Shown here: piece after piece, positions 31,822-42,811 of the stretch
How positions within the stretch are numbered: position 1 is the first letter of the stretch
Layout of the letters: each line of letters begins with the position of its first letter
NCBI GenBank assembly: GCA_049852185.1
Contig: CP187540.1
Source of the DNA: Methanocaldococcus sp. 28A
Lineage (GTDB): Archaea; AGJL01; Methanococci; Methanococcales; Methanocaldococcaceae
DNA length: 64,000 bases
Direction: 5' to 3' (one strand)
The notes under the pieces: generated by a model
What the model was told of the DNA's origin: nothing
The model's database searches: none
Seen by the model: the letters and a program-made list of their open reading frames with translations, nothing else
Made by a program: the position numbers and the translations under genes

Positions 31822-32700
31822 TCATTCTGAGTAGTAGTTAAATATTTTGTTATATAATTCAATGGCCTTCTCTAAATTTCCCATTTTTTCATAAGCTATA
31901 GCCTTACCAAATTGGGCACCTAAATGATATGGATTCTTTTTTAAAATTTTGTCAAATACCTTAATAGCTTCTTCAAACTCTTTTAGTCTCAAATGGATAA
32001 TACCTAAAATATGTAAAGCCCTAATATCGTCGGGTCTTATCTCAAGTGCTTTTTCTATTGTCATTATTGCTTCTGTAAGTTTATTTAATGATAATAATAT
32101 TTCAGATTTTAGTATAAGTGCTGATAAAAAATTAGGATTAATCTCTAAAGCTTTGTTTAGATGATATAAAGCTTTCTCAAATTCCCCCAATTTATATAAA
32201 ACCAAACCTTTTCCAAAAAGGGCTGTTAGATTTAAAGAACTTTCTAAAACTTTGTTATAACATTTTAATGATTCTTCATATTTTCCAAATTTTCTAAGAA
32301 CTTCAGCTTTCTTAAGCCATGCTAAGACACATTGAGGATTAATTTCTAAAATCTCATCGTATTCTTTTAAACATTTATCTACCATATTCATAAGTTCGTA
32401 ATCAAGAGCTTTAAGAAATCTTATTAAAGTATTTTTAGGATTATATTCCAATCCATTATTAAAAAATTTTAACGCACATTCAAAATTACCCGTTAAAGTT
32501 AGTAAAAGACCTTTTAAAAAATTAGCTAATGGATGCTTTGGATTTATGTTTAATATTTCATCACATATTCTATTTAGGCTTTCTAAAGTTATAGGTCCAT
32601 TAAGAGTTTTATTTAAAATCTTTAGACATTTAGCTATATTTTCCTTATCATTTATATTATCAAAATTACAATTACTATTAAATTGTTTGTTATCTATCAT
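31822..32700 (-). CDS. Tetratricopeptide repeat protein
   Basis: Repeated 34-aa units (ALEINP...A...KG). Confidence 0.9.
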   Translation of the reverse strand: MIDNKQFNSNCNFDNINDKENIAKCLKILNKTLNGPITLESLNRICDEILNINPKHPLANFLKGLLLTLTGNFECALKFFNNGLEYNPKNTLIRFLKALDYELMNMVDKCLKEYDEILEINPQCVLAWLKKAEVLRKFGKYEESLKCYNKVLESSLNLTALFGKGLVLYKLGEFEKALYHLNKALEINPNFLSALILKSEILLSLNKLTEAIMTIEKALEIRPDDIRALHILGIIHLRLKEFEEAIKVFDKILKKNPYHLGAQFGKAIAYEKMGNLEKAIELYNKIFNYYSE

Positions 32701-32979
32701 AATTCCACCGTCCCATAGTAAATCTTTTAAACAGTTAAATTGATATTATTTATTATGTTCCTTATCTTTCCTATATATTTATTAACTATATATTTATTAA
32801 TTTATAGCATTGTATATATTAAGCTTTACCTAAATAACACTAACTAATACATTTCTTTTGGAATTTTTTTAGAGATATTCTTGAACAAAACATTATATTT
32901 ATATTATTTTCATAACATTTTCATAAACTTCTTTTATACGACTTTATTTTTTATTAGTTTTATTACCAAAATATATTAA

Positions 32980-33711
<732 letters not shown>

Positions 33712-33736
33712 TAAAAAAATAATAAAAAATAAATAT

Positions 33737-34807
33737 GTGGTTTTTATGCTTCCAAACAAAAAAGCTTTAGAAATTATTAGAAAGTATATGAAAATTTACA
33801 ATGGAAATAATGAAGAGAACATTAAAGAGAATATAATTAGAAAGTTAAAAGAAGAAAAGGTTTTAGTAGAAACTGAAGATGGAACTTATACATTAAAGGC
33901 AGATGATGATGAAGAGATGATGCATTCAAAGGTTGGAGCTTTAAAAGAAGCAATCTATAAGTTTGCAAAGCCCTCAAAAATTGAAAATTTAAAAAATCCG
34001 AGAGTTTTAGATTTATGTAGCGGTTTAGGATATAATGCTATAGCCGCTTTACATCATAATAAAAATGCAGAGATTGATATGGTTGAAATCTGTGAAGAAG
34101 CTTTATTTTTAACTTTATTTTTAGATATCCCATATAAAGAGCATGAGATTATAAAAGATAAGGTTAGAGAATATTTTTTAAACAAAATTGGCATTGAATA
34201 TAATTCTCCTTATAATAACATCAATCTATATGTTGGAGATGCGAGAAAATATATAATAAAAGGTGATAAAAAATACAACATAGTTTTTCACGATGCATTT
34301 TCACCAAAGAGAGACCCTACTCTCTATACTTACGATTTTTTGAAAGAAATTTATAAAAGAATGGAAGATAATGGAGTTTTGGTATCTTACTCTTCATCTA
34401 TTCCTTTTAGAAGTGCTTTAGTAGATTGTGGTTTTGTAATTTCAGAAAAAGAAAGCATAGGAAGAAAGAGAGGAATAACATTAGCATATAAAAACCTAAA
34501 TTTTAAACCAGATAGAATTAATGAGATTGATGAAAGAATTATAGCTTTATCAGTTATAGCACTACCTTATAGGGATAAAAACTTAAATTTAACTAAAGAT
34601 AAAATAATAGAGGATAGAGAGAAAAGGAGAAAAAAGTTAAAAGAAAATTTAATTAAAATAGGAAAATATCTATCAACAAAACAAATAAAAAAAGGAAATA
34701 TTCCAGAAGAAATTTTAAATATCCAAAAGGAAGATTTAAACTCATCAGAGATTATTAAAAAGATGAGAAGAGAATTTTTCAAAGATGCAAACATTTTTAT
34801 ACTATAA
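33737..34807 (+). CDS. MnmC-like SAM methyltransferase
   Basis: TEDGTYTL, MHS, DLCSGLGYN and HDAFSP motifs. Confidence 0.85.
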   Translation: MVFMLPNKKALEIIRKYMKIYNGNNEENIKENIIRKLKEEKVLVETEDGTYTLKADDDEEMMHSKVGALKEAIYKFAKPSKIENLKNPRVLDLCSGLGYNAIAALHHNKNAEIDMVEICEEALFLTLFLDIPYKEHEIIKDKVREYFLNKIGIEYNSPYNNINLYVGDARKYIIKGDKKYNIVFHDAFSPKRDPTLYTYDFLKEIYKRMEDNGVLVSYSSSIPFRSALVDCGFVISEKESIGRKRGITLAYKNLNFKPDRINEIDERIIALSVIALPYRDKNLNLTKDKIIEDREKRRKKLKENLIKIGKYLSTKQIKKGNIPEEILNIQKEDLNSSEIIKKMRREFFKDANIFIL

Positions 34808-34881
34808 ACCCATAGTTGTTGAGGATGCTAAAATCTCTTTTTAGCATCTTTAAAAATGAATTTTATAAGGAAGTGGAATAT

Positions 34882-36069
34882 ATGAATTTTAGTGAATTAA
34901 ATTTATCAGAGAATATTTTAACAGCCATTAAAAATAAAGGTTTTGAAAATCCAACAGATATCCAAATGAAAGTTATCCCACTATTTTTAAATGATGAAGG
35001 TAATATTGTAGCTCAAGCAAGAACTGGAAGTGGTAAAACTGCAGCATTTGCAATTCCATTAATTGAACTCATCAATGATAGGACTTTTGCACATTATATA
35101 TGTAGTAATGAAAATATGATGCCAAAGGCATCAAATATGCCTTCTAATATTTATACCTACGAAAGTCCTATCAATGAAAACAATGGAATAGAGGCAATAA
35201 TTTTAACCCCAACAAGAGAGTTAGCTATACAAGTGGCTGATGAAATAGAATCATTAAAAGGTAACAAAAATTTAAAGATTGCCAAAATTTATGGAGGAAA
35301 AGCCATTTATCCACAAATTAAAGCTTTAAAAAATGCTAATATAGTTGTTGGAACACCTGGAAGGATTTTAGACCATATAAACAGAGGAACTTTAAACCTA
35401 AAAAATGTTAAATACTTTATATTGGATGAAGCTGATGAAATGCTCAATATGGGATTTGTTGAAGATATAGAGAAGATTTTAAATGCTTGTAATAAAAATA
35501 AGAGAATTTTGTTGTTCTCTGCAACTATGCCAAAGGAGATATTAAACTTAGCTAAAAAATATATGGGAGATTATAAGTTTGTAAGAGCTAAAATATATGC
35601 AAATATTGAGCAAAGCTATATAGAAGTTAATGAACATGAGAGATTTGAAGCTTTATGTAGATTATTAAAAAATAAAGAATTTTATGGATTGGTTTTTTGT
35701 AAAACTAAGAGAGATACGAAAGAATTGGCAAATATGTTGAGAGATATTGGATTTAAAGCTGGGGCAATTCATGGAGATTTAAGTCAATCCCAAAGAGAGA
35801 AGGTTATAAGGCTTTTTAAACAAAAAAGAATTAAAATTTTAATTGCTACTGATGTTATGAGTAGAGGTATAGATGTTAATGATTTAAACTGTGTAATTAA
35901 CTATCATCTCCCACAAAATCCTGAATCTTATATGCATAGGATTGGAAGAACTGGAAGAGCGGGAAAAAAAGGAACGGCAATATCAATTATCAATAGAAAA
36001 GAGTACAAAAAATTAAAATATATAGAGAGAACTATGAAGTTAAAAATTAGAAAATTAAAATTTAAATAA
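34882..36069 (+). CDS. DEAD-box RNA helicase carrying a 33-aa in-frame insertion
   Basis: Q motif, ARTGSGKT, PTRELA, DEAD, SAT and HRIGRTGR; likely start ATG at 34882. Confidence 0.95.
   Translation: MNFSELNLSENILTAIKNKGFENPTDIQMKVIPLFLNDEGNIVAQARTGSGKTAAFAIPLIELINDRTFAHYICSNENMMPKASNMPSNIYTYESPINENNGIEAIILTPTRELAIQVADEIESLKGNKNLKIAKIYGGKAIYPQIKALKNANIVVGTPGRILDHINRGTLNLKNVKYFILDEADEMLNMGFVEDIEKILNACNKNKRILLFSATMPKEILNLAKKYMGDYKFVRAKIYANIEQSYIEVNEHERFEALCRLLKNKEFYGLVFCKTKRDTKELANMLRDIGFKAGAIHGDLSQSQREKVIRLFKQKRIKILIATDVMSRGIDVNDLNCVINYHLPQNPESYMHRIGRTGRAGKKGTAISIINRKEYKKLKYIERTMKLKIRKLKFK
35079..35170. mobile_element. MITE family B (92 bp) inserted in frame in the helicase
   Basis: TAGGACTTTTGCA...TACGAAAGTCCTA flanked by a TCAATGA duplication; 92+7=99 bp. 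Confidence 0.92.
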
Positions 36070-36091
36070 AATTTGTTATATTGTTAGCTTA

Positions 36092-36140
36092 CCGTTTGAA
36101 ACTGTTTAATTTTTCATAGACAAAGATAGACATTTATAGA
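36092..36140 (+). mobile_element. Isolated left end of the IS607-type TnpB element
   Basis: CCGTTTGAAACTGTTTAATT...ATAGACAAAGATAGACATTTATAGA matches the reverse complement of ~38905-38954. Confidence 0.8.
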
Positions 36141-36232
36141 TTTCCATTACTGAGGTAAAACTATCAAGATAACTTCTACCCTTTATGCTTTTAGAATAGG
36201 TTTCATCAAAATTTAAAATTTTTATCTTAAAA

Positions 36233-37240
36233 TTAACAAACTCTTGGTATAGGGTCTCCTATTGGCATATCGACTATTCTCCTTCCTACAATTGTTTCCA
36301 TTACAACCCCTTTATGTTCTTTTGTAGCATAGCCAATAATTTCAGCATTTCTACCTAATGGATGTTCTCTCAAAATCTCTAAACATCTTTCAGCATCTTC
36401 CTTTTTAACAGCCATAACTACCTTTCCCTCATTAGCTATTGTTAAAGGGTCTAGACCAAGGATATCACAAATTGACTGAACTTCATCACTTATTGGAATG
36501 TTGTCCTCAAAGATAGTTATCCCTATATTGCTCTTTTCAGCCATCTCATTTAACGCATCTGCTAAACCTCCCCTTGTAGGGTCTTTCATTGCATTTATTT
36601 GAATTCCTTCTTCTAAAACCTTCTCAATCATTTTATTTATTGGGGCCACATCTGACTTTATATTTGTTTCAAAATCAAATCCTTCCCTTGATAATAGAAT
36701 AGCTAATCCATGCTCTCCTATATTTCCAGAGACAATTATTGCATCTCCCTCTTGAACATTACAATCTCTAATAGCTTTACCTCTATCAACAATCCCTATT
36801 CCAGCAGTTGAAATAATGATATCATCTACTCCATCAGATACTTTTGTATCTCCTGTTACTATTGCTACTTCTGCCTCTTTAGATGTCTCATTTATTGATT
36901 TAATTATTTTCTCTAAATCCTCTAAGTTAAAACCCTCTGGAATGATTAAAGATAGAGATAGAGCTAATGGCTTAGCTCCCATAACTGCTAAATCATTTAC
37001 AGTCCCACTAACAGCCAATCTGCCAATATCTCCGCCTGGAAAAAAAATAGGTTTTACAGTATGTCCATCAACGGTAAAGACAATCTCTTTATCTCCTATT
37101 GGGATAGTTGCTGAATCATCTAAGCTTTCTAACCCAATTCCTCCATTAACTGATGTTATCTCTAAATTTTTCAATATTACATCTTTTATAAGTTCCTGCA
37201 TTACCTTTCCTCCAGCTCCATGCATTCTTGTGATTTTCAT
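36233..37240 (-). CDS. hypE: Hydrogenase maturation protein HypE
   Basis: HGAGG, DPTRGG, ANEG and C-terminal PRVC. Confidence 0.97.
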   Translation of the reverse strand: MKITRMHGAGGKVMQELIKDVILKNLEITSVNGGIGLESLDDSATIPIGDKEIVFTVDGHTVKPIFFPGGDIGRLAVSGTVNDLAVMGAKPLALSLSLIIPEGFNLEDLEKIIKSINETSKEAEVAIVTGDTKVSDGVDDIIISTAGIGIVDRGKAIRDCNVQEGDAIIVSGNIGEHGLAILLSREGFDFETNIKSDVAPINKMIEKVLEEGIQINAMKDPTRGGLADALNEMAEKSNIGITIFEDNIPISDEVQSICDILGLDPLTIANEGKVVMAVKKEDAERCLEILREHPLGRNAEIIGYATKEHKGVVMETIVGRRIVDMPIGDPIPRVC

Positions 37241-37452
37241 AATATATCCCTAACTTTATACTTTTAATCATTTTAATAATCATTTTAATCATGTTATATC
37301 ATAGGGTGTGCATAATTAAAGAGTTAAATATAATGAAATAAAGAATAGAGTAAGATGCGAGAAAAAACTAAGGAGGTGAAATAAAATTGACCACATTGAA
37401 ATAGATATAACTACCATAGATAAATATCTTACTGATAAAATCGAACAACTGA

Positions 37453-38954
37453 GGTTCTCCCAACGTGGTCATATATAGACAAAGATAGACATTTAGGAAA
37501 TTTTAATTAGATATTTTCCGTTATAATTGACTTTATAGACCATCAGAGGGAAATCTGCGATTTGAACAAAATCCGAAGGATTTTGTAGCTCGAACCTTCG
37601 GTTCGATTCCCTTACTGGAAGCTTCGCTTCCACGTTGGGATTGGGCGTCATCAGTTTCCTAATGGAAACCTCTGCCCCTGTCGTGGTAACCCCAGAGCCA
37701 CCCATAATCTCTTTAACTTTTCCTAAACCTCTTTTAAAGATATTAAAGCAACTAACTAACTGTCGATTAAAAGAGTTCTTACAATTAGAGCAAAAAACAA
37801 CCAGTCCTTCTTGGGACTCCATTTTACTCCCGCATATAGGACAAGTTGTCGATGTATAAGCAGGATTAACTAAAATCGTTATCGCTTTATAGCTAATTTT
37901 ATGTATTATGCTATTCCAATTACTCCTATCTAACTTTCGATTAAAATATCTATTTTTATACATCTTTCGTTTATTCAAATCTTCAAAAATAAAAATCGCA
38001 TTTGGGAATAATCGGGATAGTTGAGTAGTTAATTTATGTAAAAAGTCATTAACTCTATTCTTCCTTCTTTCGAACAACCTTTTTATCTTTCTCATAACTC
38101 TTAAAGGACACTTTTTAATTAACTTTTTAAGCAAATCGATTTTTCTATCATAAATCTCTTTAATTCTATGCAGTTCTGATATGTCAATCCTTATCCATCC
38201 CTCTGTTGGATGATATAAATCGAGAGATTTTAAGTTACTATCTACTCCAACGATTATATCTCTATCTGAATAGTTTAGAGCATCTTTAAACGTTAAAAAT
38301 GCTTCATTTTCTTTTAGAATAATTTCTCCTATGGATAAATCCTTAACTTTATCAAAAAACCATTCGTTTTTAATATCTAAAATTAAATATTCTTTTCTTG
38401 GTTTTATGGTTATTCTTATTTCTCCTTTATCTTTATTGTATTTTATTAATGTTGTTTTAACTCTAACAAATAATCTTTTAACTATCGGTTTTGTTTTTGT
38501 CCTATAACCCTTTTTATAATTCGAAGCCCAACTACCTAAGATAGAATAGGCAGTTTTAATAACTCCATCTATATAATGAGAGGCATAATTCCAATTTTCC
38601 AATAGTTTGTTCCTTAAATTTCTTTTAAATTCATTAGATTTCGGTAGTTTTGGTTTGTCTTTTTTAGTCCATTCGATATTATTCCAAATTATGTCTATGC
38701 ATTCGTTTAGTTTATTTCTACATTCGGTTAAAAAGGTATTAAGTGGATAGTTATGGCTAACTTTATATGATAAGACGATTTGATAATCTAATTCTTGGTC
38801 GTTTTTTAATTTTATTTCGTTTGGCATAGTAATCGTTTAATTGTTTTTAGATTGTTATGGTTTTATATATTTTAACTCATATTTAAAGATTATCCGGAAT
38901 ATTTGTCTATAAATGTCTATCTTTGTCTATAGATAATTAAACAGTTTCAAACGG
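37453..38954 (-). mobile_element. Non-autonomous IS607-type element carrying tnpB only
   Basis: Bounded by GG at both junctions (37453-54, 38953-54) with no other duplication; subterminal TAAATGTCTATCTTTGTCTATA motif in inverted orientation at both ends. Confidence 0.75.
37493..38827 (-). CDS. tnpB: TnpB-family RNA-guided nuclease-like protein
   Basis: VGVDSN (RuvC-I), IFEDL (RuvC-II), VNPAYTSTTCPICG..CSNC zinc finger, FNRQ at RuvC-III. Confidence 0.93.
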   Translation of the reverse strand: MPNEIKLKNDQELDYQIVLSYKVSHNYPLNTFLTECRNKLNECIDIIWNNIEWTKKDKPKLPKSNEFKRNLRNKLLENWNYASHYIDGVIKTAYSILGSWASNYKKGYRTKTKPIVKRLFVRVKTTLIKYNKDKGEIRITIKPRKEYLILDIKNEWFFDKVKDLSIGEIILKENEAFLTFKDALNYSDRDIIVGVDSNLKSLDLYHPTEGWIRIDISELHRIKEIYDRKIDLLKKLIKKCPLRVMRKIKRLFERRKNRVNDFLHKLTTQLSRLFPNAIFIFEDLNKRKMYKNRYFNRKLDRSNWNSIIHKISYKAITILVNPAYTSTTCPICGSKMESQEGLVVFCSNCKNSFNRQLVSCFNIFKRGLGKVKEIMGGSGVTTTGAEVSIRKLMTPNPNVEAKLPVRESNRRFELQNPSDFVQIADFPLMVYKVNYNGKYLIKIS

Positions 38955-39387
38955 CGTTATGTTAGCACCAGGGTATAATCCTAGAAAATTAGATGATAAT
39001 AAAAGAAAAATGGATAAGAAGTTTGCAGAGATGAGAAAACGAATAGAACATCTAAATTCAATAATAAAAAATTAGATTATGAATCGATTCTGGACGAATA
39101 TAAAAGGTTTCAATAAAAAATACGTTTTCTTATGTTATCGGTTGTAACTGCACAGATATTAGCTATCTATAACCTAAAAACTCGTGGTTACCATTCCATA
39201 AGGATTAAAGACGTTAGAGCATAAATTTAAATGTTTGAATTATGCACCACACTCTATACTAATAGAATTTATATGCTCAAAGAGCATAAACTTTCATAGT
39301 AGTACTGCAAAAGTCTTAATTATAAAAACTTTTGTCAAATATGTTTATAAAATTTTAAAATTTCTAATTGTAATTACTATTTATTGA

Positions 39388-39792
39388 GTGATAGAAATGC
39401 TTAAAACTCTACCACCAACTTTAAGAGAGAAAAAAAGATATATCGCCTTTAAAATATTGTATGATGAAGAATTAAAAGAGGGAGACGTTGTTAATTTAAT
39501 TAGAAAAGCTGTTTTAGAACATTATGGAATTTGGGGAACATCCAAGGCAAATCCATGGCTTGTTTATTATGATTTTCCCTATGGAATTTTGAGATGTCAG
39601 AGAGAGAATGTTGATTATGTAAAAAGCTCTTTAATTTTAGTTAGTGAATTTAAAGAGAAGCCAATAAATATTATCTGCTTAGGAGTTTCTGGAACAATAA
39701 GAAAAGCAAAAATTAAATTTTTAAAAATAAAGAATCCAAAGAGATGGTATATAATTAGAAAAGAAAGATTGAGAGCTAAAAAGCAAAAATAA
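39388..39792 (+). CDS. rnp2: RNase P protein component 2 (Pop5)
   Basis: LPPTLREKKRYIAF and GVSGTIRKA motifs. Confidence 0.93.
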   Translation: MIEMLKTLPPTLREKKRYIAFKILYDEELKEGDVVNLIRKAVLEHYGIWGTSKANPWLVYYDFPYGILRCQRENVDYVKSSLILVSEFKEKPINIICLGVSGTIRKAKIKFLKIKNPKRWYIIRKERLRAKKQK

Positions 39793-39807
39793 TTTAGGTG
39801 GAGTTTT

Positions 39808-41205
39808 ATGGAAATGAAAAATGTAAATGTAGGATTATTTGGACATATAGACCATGGAAAAACACAATTAGCAAAACAGCTAACAGAGATTGTCTCAACA
39901 TCCGCATTAGATAAACCAAAAGAATCTCAAAAAAGAGGGATAACTATTGATTTAGGATTTTCTTCTTTTATTTTAGATAGATATAGAATTACTTTAGTTG
40001 ATGCCCCTGGACATTCTGAGTTAATAAGAACTGCTATTGGGGCAGGGAATATAATAGATGCTGCTTTATTAGTTGTAGATGCTAAAGAAGGACCGAAAAC
40101 GCAAACAGGAGAACATCTATTGGTGTTAGACTTATTAAACATCCCAACAATTGTTGTTATAAATAAGATAGATATTGCAAGTGATGAGGAAATTAAAAGA
40201 ACTGAAATGTTTATGAAACAAATATTAAGCTCAACTATGAATTTAAAGAACTCCAAAATTGTTAAAATCTCAGCAAAAACTGGAGAGGGAATAGAAGAAT
40301 TAAAGAAAGAGCTTAAAAATTTATTAGATAGCATAAATATTGAAAGAGAGATAAATAGCTATTTAAAAATGCCTATTGACCATGCATTTAAAATAAAAGG
40401 GGTTGGGACTGTAGTAACTGGAACTATACATAAAGGAAAAGTAGAGATTGGAGATACTCTAAGAATTCTACCAATAAACCATGAGGTTAAAGTTAAAAGC
40501 ATACAGTGCTTTAAACAAGATGTTGAAAAAGCTTATGCTGGAGATAGGGTAGGAATGGCTTTAATGGGAATTGAGCCAGATAGTTTGTTTAGGGGTTGTA
40601 TCTTAACTTCAGAAGATACAAAATTAAGGGTTGTAGATAAGTTTATAGCAAAGATAAAGATTCTTAATTTATTTAAATACAATTTGACTCCAAAAATGAA
40701 GGTTCATATAAATATTGGGCTTTTAACAGTCCCAGCTACGATAATTCCATATAAAATAGAGAAAATTAACGATAAAGAAGAGCCAATAATTTTAGAAGAA
40801 ATTACAGGAGGAAATTCTTGCTACTGTATCTTTAAATTAGAAGAGAAGGTTGTTGTTGAGGAAGGAGATAAAGTTTTGATAATGAGATTGGACTTGCCTC
40901 CAACAACTTTGAGAATTTGTGGTTTTGGAGAGGTTGTAGGATTTGAAGATGTAGAAGTTAAAAAGATAGTTGTTAGAGAAGGAAAAATCGTTAAGAAAAA
41001 AGATAAAATCTATATTGAAGGATTGGCTACATCTAAATCATCTGGAGAAAAACTTATTGGAGAAAAAGTTTATGTTCCGGATAAGGATGTGTGGGGAATT
41101 ATAAAAGGAACATTTGGAACTAAGGGAGCTTTAATTGCTGAATTTGATGGGGATATTAGTGGAGGAGAGAAAGTAGTATTGAAGAGAGTTAAAAAATGGG
41201 GGTAA
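39808..41205 (+). CDS. selB: Selenocysteine-specific translation elongation factor
   Basis: GHIDHGKT, RGITIDLGF, DAPGH and NKID motifs with the archaeal SelB C-terminus. Confidence 0.95.
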   Translation: MEMKNVNVGLFGHIDHGKTQLAKQLTEIVSTSALDKPKESQKRGITIDLGFSSFILDRYRITLVDAPGHSELIRTAIGAGNIIDAALLVVDAKEGPKTQTGEHLLVLDLLNIPTIVVINKIDIASDEEIKRTEMFMKQILSSTMNLKNSKIVKISAKTGEGIEELKKELKNLLDSINIEREINSYLKMPIDHAFKIKGVGTVVTGTIHKGKVEIGDTLRILPINHEVKVKSIQCFKQDVEKAYAGDRVGMALMGIEPDSLFRGCILTSEDTKLRVVDKFIAKIKILNLFKYNLTPKMKVHINIGLLTVPATIIPYKIEKINDKEEPIILEEITGGNSCYCIFKLEEKVVVEEGDKVLIMRLDLPPTTLRICGFGEVVGFEDVEVKKIVVREGKIVKKKDKIYIEGLATSKSSGEKLIGEKVYVPDKDVWGIIKGTFGTKGALIAEFDGDISGGEKVVLKRVKKWG

Positions 41206-41352
41206 TATAGTTTTTAGCAAAATTTGTTAAAACCAAAATGAAGATTTAATGTGTCCATTATGTGCCTTATTTATTCTAAAAAGTTTTGCACACAACTATT
41301 ATATATCCAACATAACAAAAATAATTTTATCTCAAGGTTGTCTCAATGAACT

Positions 41353-41778
41353 TTGGTGAGAACTGTGTATGTGGTTGATTTACCATACAAGAAGTTAGGT
41401 GTAGAGTGTGATGGAAAACAGTTAATATTTAAGATGAAATCTAAGGATGTAGAAGAAAGTATAAGAATGAATTTTGAATCAGCCGCTTTATTAAAAATTT
41501 TAATGGAACAGAGTGCAGTAGTAGCAGAAAAAATAAACAAGAGTTTTAAAAAAGACAATATTAAAGATTATCACATTCATGATATTGGAACAGTTTTTGG
41601 TGTTGATGGAAGGGTTTCAATAGGTGTTTTGCCAGCAGATGAAAATAGAGTATCTTCAATTCTCATTGGATTTCATAAAAATGATAAGCATATATCAGTT
41701 GTAGTAAAACCAAAGAAAATTGCTTTGTTAAGCGTTATAATAACAAAAATTATAAGCGAAAATCTAAGATTAGATTAA
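41353..41778 (+). CDS. Conserved hypothetical protein
   Basis: 141-aa ORF with normal composition, between selB and hjc. Confidence 0.7.
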   Translation: MVRTVYVVDLPYKKLGVECDGKQLIFKMKSKDVEESIRMNFESAALLKILMEQSAVVAEKINKSFKKDNIKDYHIHDIGTVFGVDGRVSIGVLPADENRVSSILIGFHKNDKHISVVVKPKKIALLSVIITKIISENLRLD

Positions 41779-42179
41779 ATCATAATATTATCTATTTTTA
41801 ACTGCTTTCCTTTACCAACTACTTCATAAAAATCAATAGCAATAACTTTCATCTTTTCATCAATTACATAGTTTTTTCCATTAGTTGATAAAAGGTGGGG
41901 ATTTATAAATAACATCTCTCCGTTAAATTTTACTGCTAAATAAGGTTTTCCTCCGAATGTTTTAGAGAAGTTAATGAGTTTTTCAACATCTTCTCTGTTT
42001 ATATAAAATTTACTTTTTGAAGAGGATTTGCATTCAAATATTAAAATCTCTCCATTTCTTCCAGCTATTAAATCAACACCCTTACTTCCAGCACTTCTAA
42101 TTACTGCAAATCCTTCCTTTTCTAAAAGTTTTTTTAATTCTCTCTCAAAAGTACTTCCTTTTCTATATTTATGCCTCAT
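41775..42179 (-). CDS. hjc: Holliday junction resolvase Hjc
   Basis: [19 protein letters not shown] and ECK motifs. Confidence 0.95.
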   Translation of the reverse strand: MRHKYRKGSTFERELKKLLEKEGFAVIRSAGSKGVDLIAGRNGEILIFECKSSSKSKFYINREDVEKLINFSKTFGGKPYLAVKFNGEMLFINPHLLSTNGKNYVIDEKMKVIAIDFYEVVGKGKQLKIDNIMI

Positions 42180-42636
42180 TTTTGCTCCCTAATATTTTCT
42201 CAACTATATTTTTAAACTCTTCTACTGATATTTTTTTCTCTTTCTTTATCATTTCATTTTCTTTAGTTAAAACGTCTTCCATTGGTTTTACTCCTTCTTT
42301 TTCAAGTTTATCTAATGCTAAACCAATTTTGTCTAAAACCGCTTGTTCAGCCTCTAATTGGTGAAAACCTTCTCTTGGCCCTCCTCCTCTAAATGCTCTA
42401 CACCTCCTCTTATCCCAAATTGGATAGCCTCTATCTTTACAAAATATCCTATTCTTTTCATAATTTCTAATCTCTTGAGCTAATTTATCTACTAACTCTT
42501 CCTCTCCTTCAATATATGCTCCAAAACATGTTTCTTTTACAACAACAGGTAGATTTAATGAATTTAAATACCTAACTAATTTACCTGGAGTCGTTAGGGA
42601 GTTTTCAGCTAAAACTATAACCTTTGTCTTTTTCAT
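42169..42636 (-). CDS. Methanogenesis marker protein (likely marker 6)
   Basis: KETCFG, KDRGYP, RRCRA and GPREGFHQLE motifs. Confidence 0.75.
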   Translation of the reverse strand: MKKTKVIVLAENSLTTPGKLVRYLNSLNLPVVVKETCFGAYIEGEEELVDKLAQEIRNYEKNRIFCKDRGYPIWDKRRCRAFRGGGPREGFHQLEAEQAVLDKIGLALDKLEKEGVKPMEDVLTKENEMIKKEKKISVEEFKNIVEKILGSKNEA

Positions 42637-42811
42637 TATTTCACCATAAATTTTAATATTAATTTAAATTTACTTTTTATATTTTATAAATTTTATTGTT
42701 AATAAACTAAATCAAAGCTTTAAAAAAGAAAAAATTCTTTTAAATATATTTTGAGCATAAAGATGTTAAAAAGAAAAAAATTAAAATAAAAATAAAATTT
42801 AAAAATAAGAA

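Larger units (their letters stand above)
37303..39255 (+). mobile_element. Degenerate DDE IS remnant interrupted by the TnpB element
   Basis: Imperfect TIRs AGGGTGTGCATAATT / AATTATGCACCACACTCT; transposase-like fragments on both sides (GVMLAPGYNPRK...MRKRIEHLNSIIK). Confidence 0.6.

Noticed and set aside
38935-38954. GTTTGAA similarity between the TnpB element left end and the CRISPR repeat
   Set aside because: Only about 7 matching bases in an AT-rich genome, with no anti-repeat or array.
39808-41205. Selenoprotein or SECIS element near selB
   Set aside because: I saw no gene in the window that needs UGA read-through.
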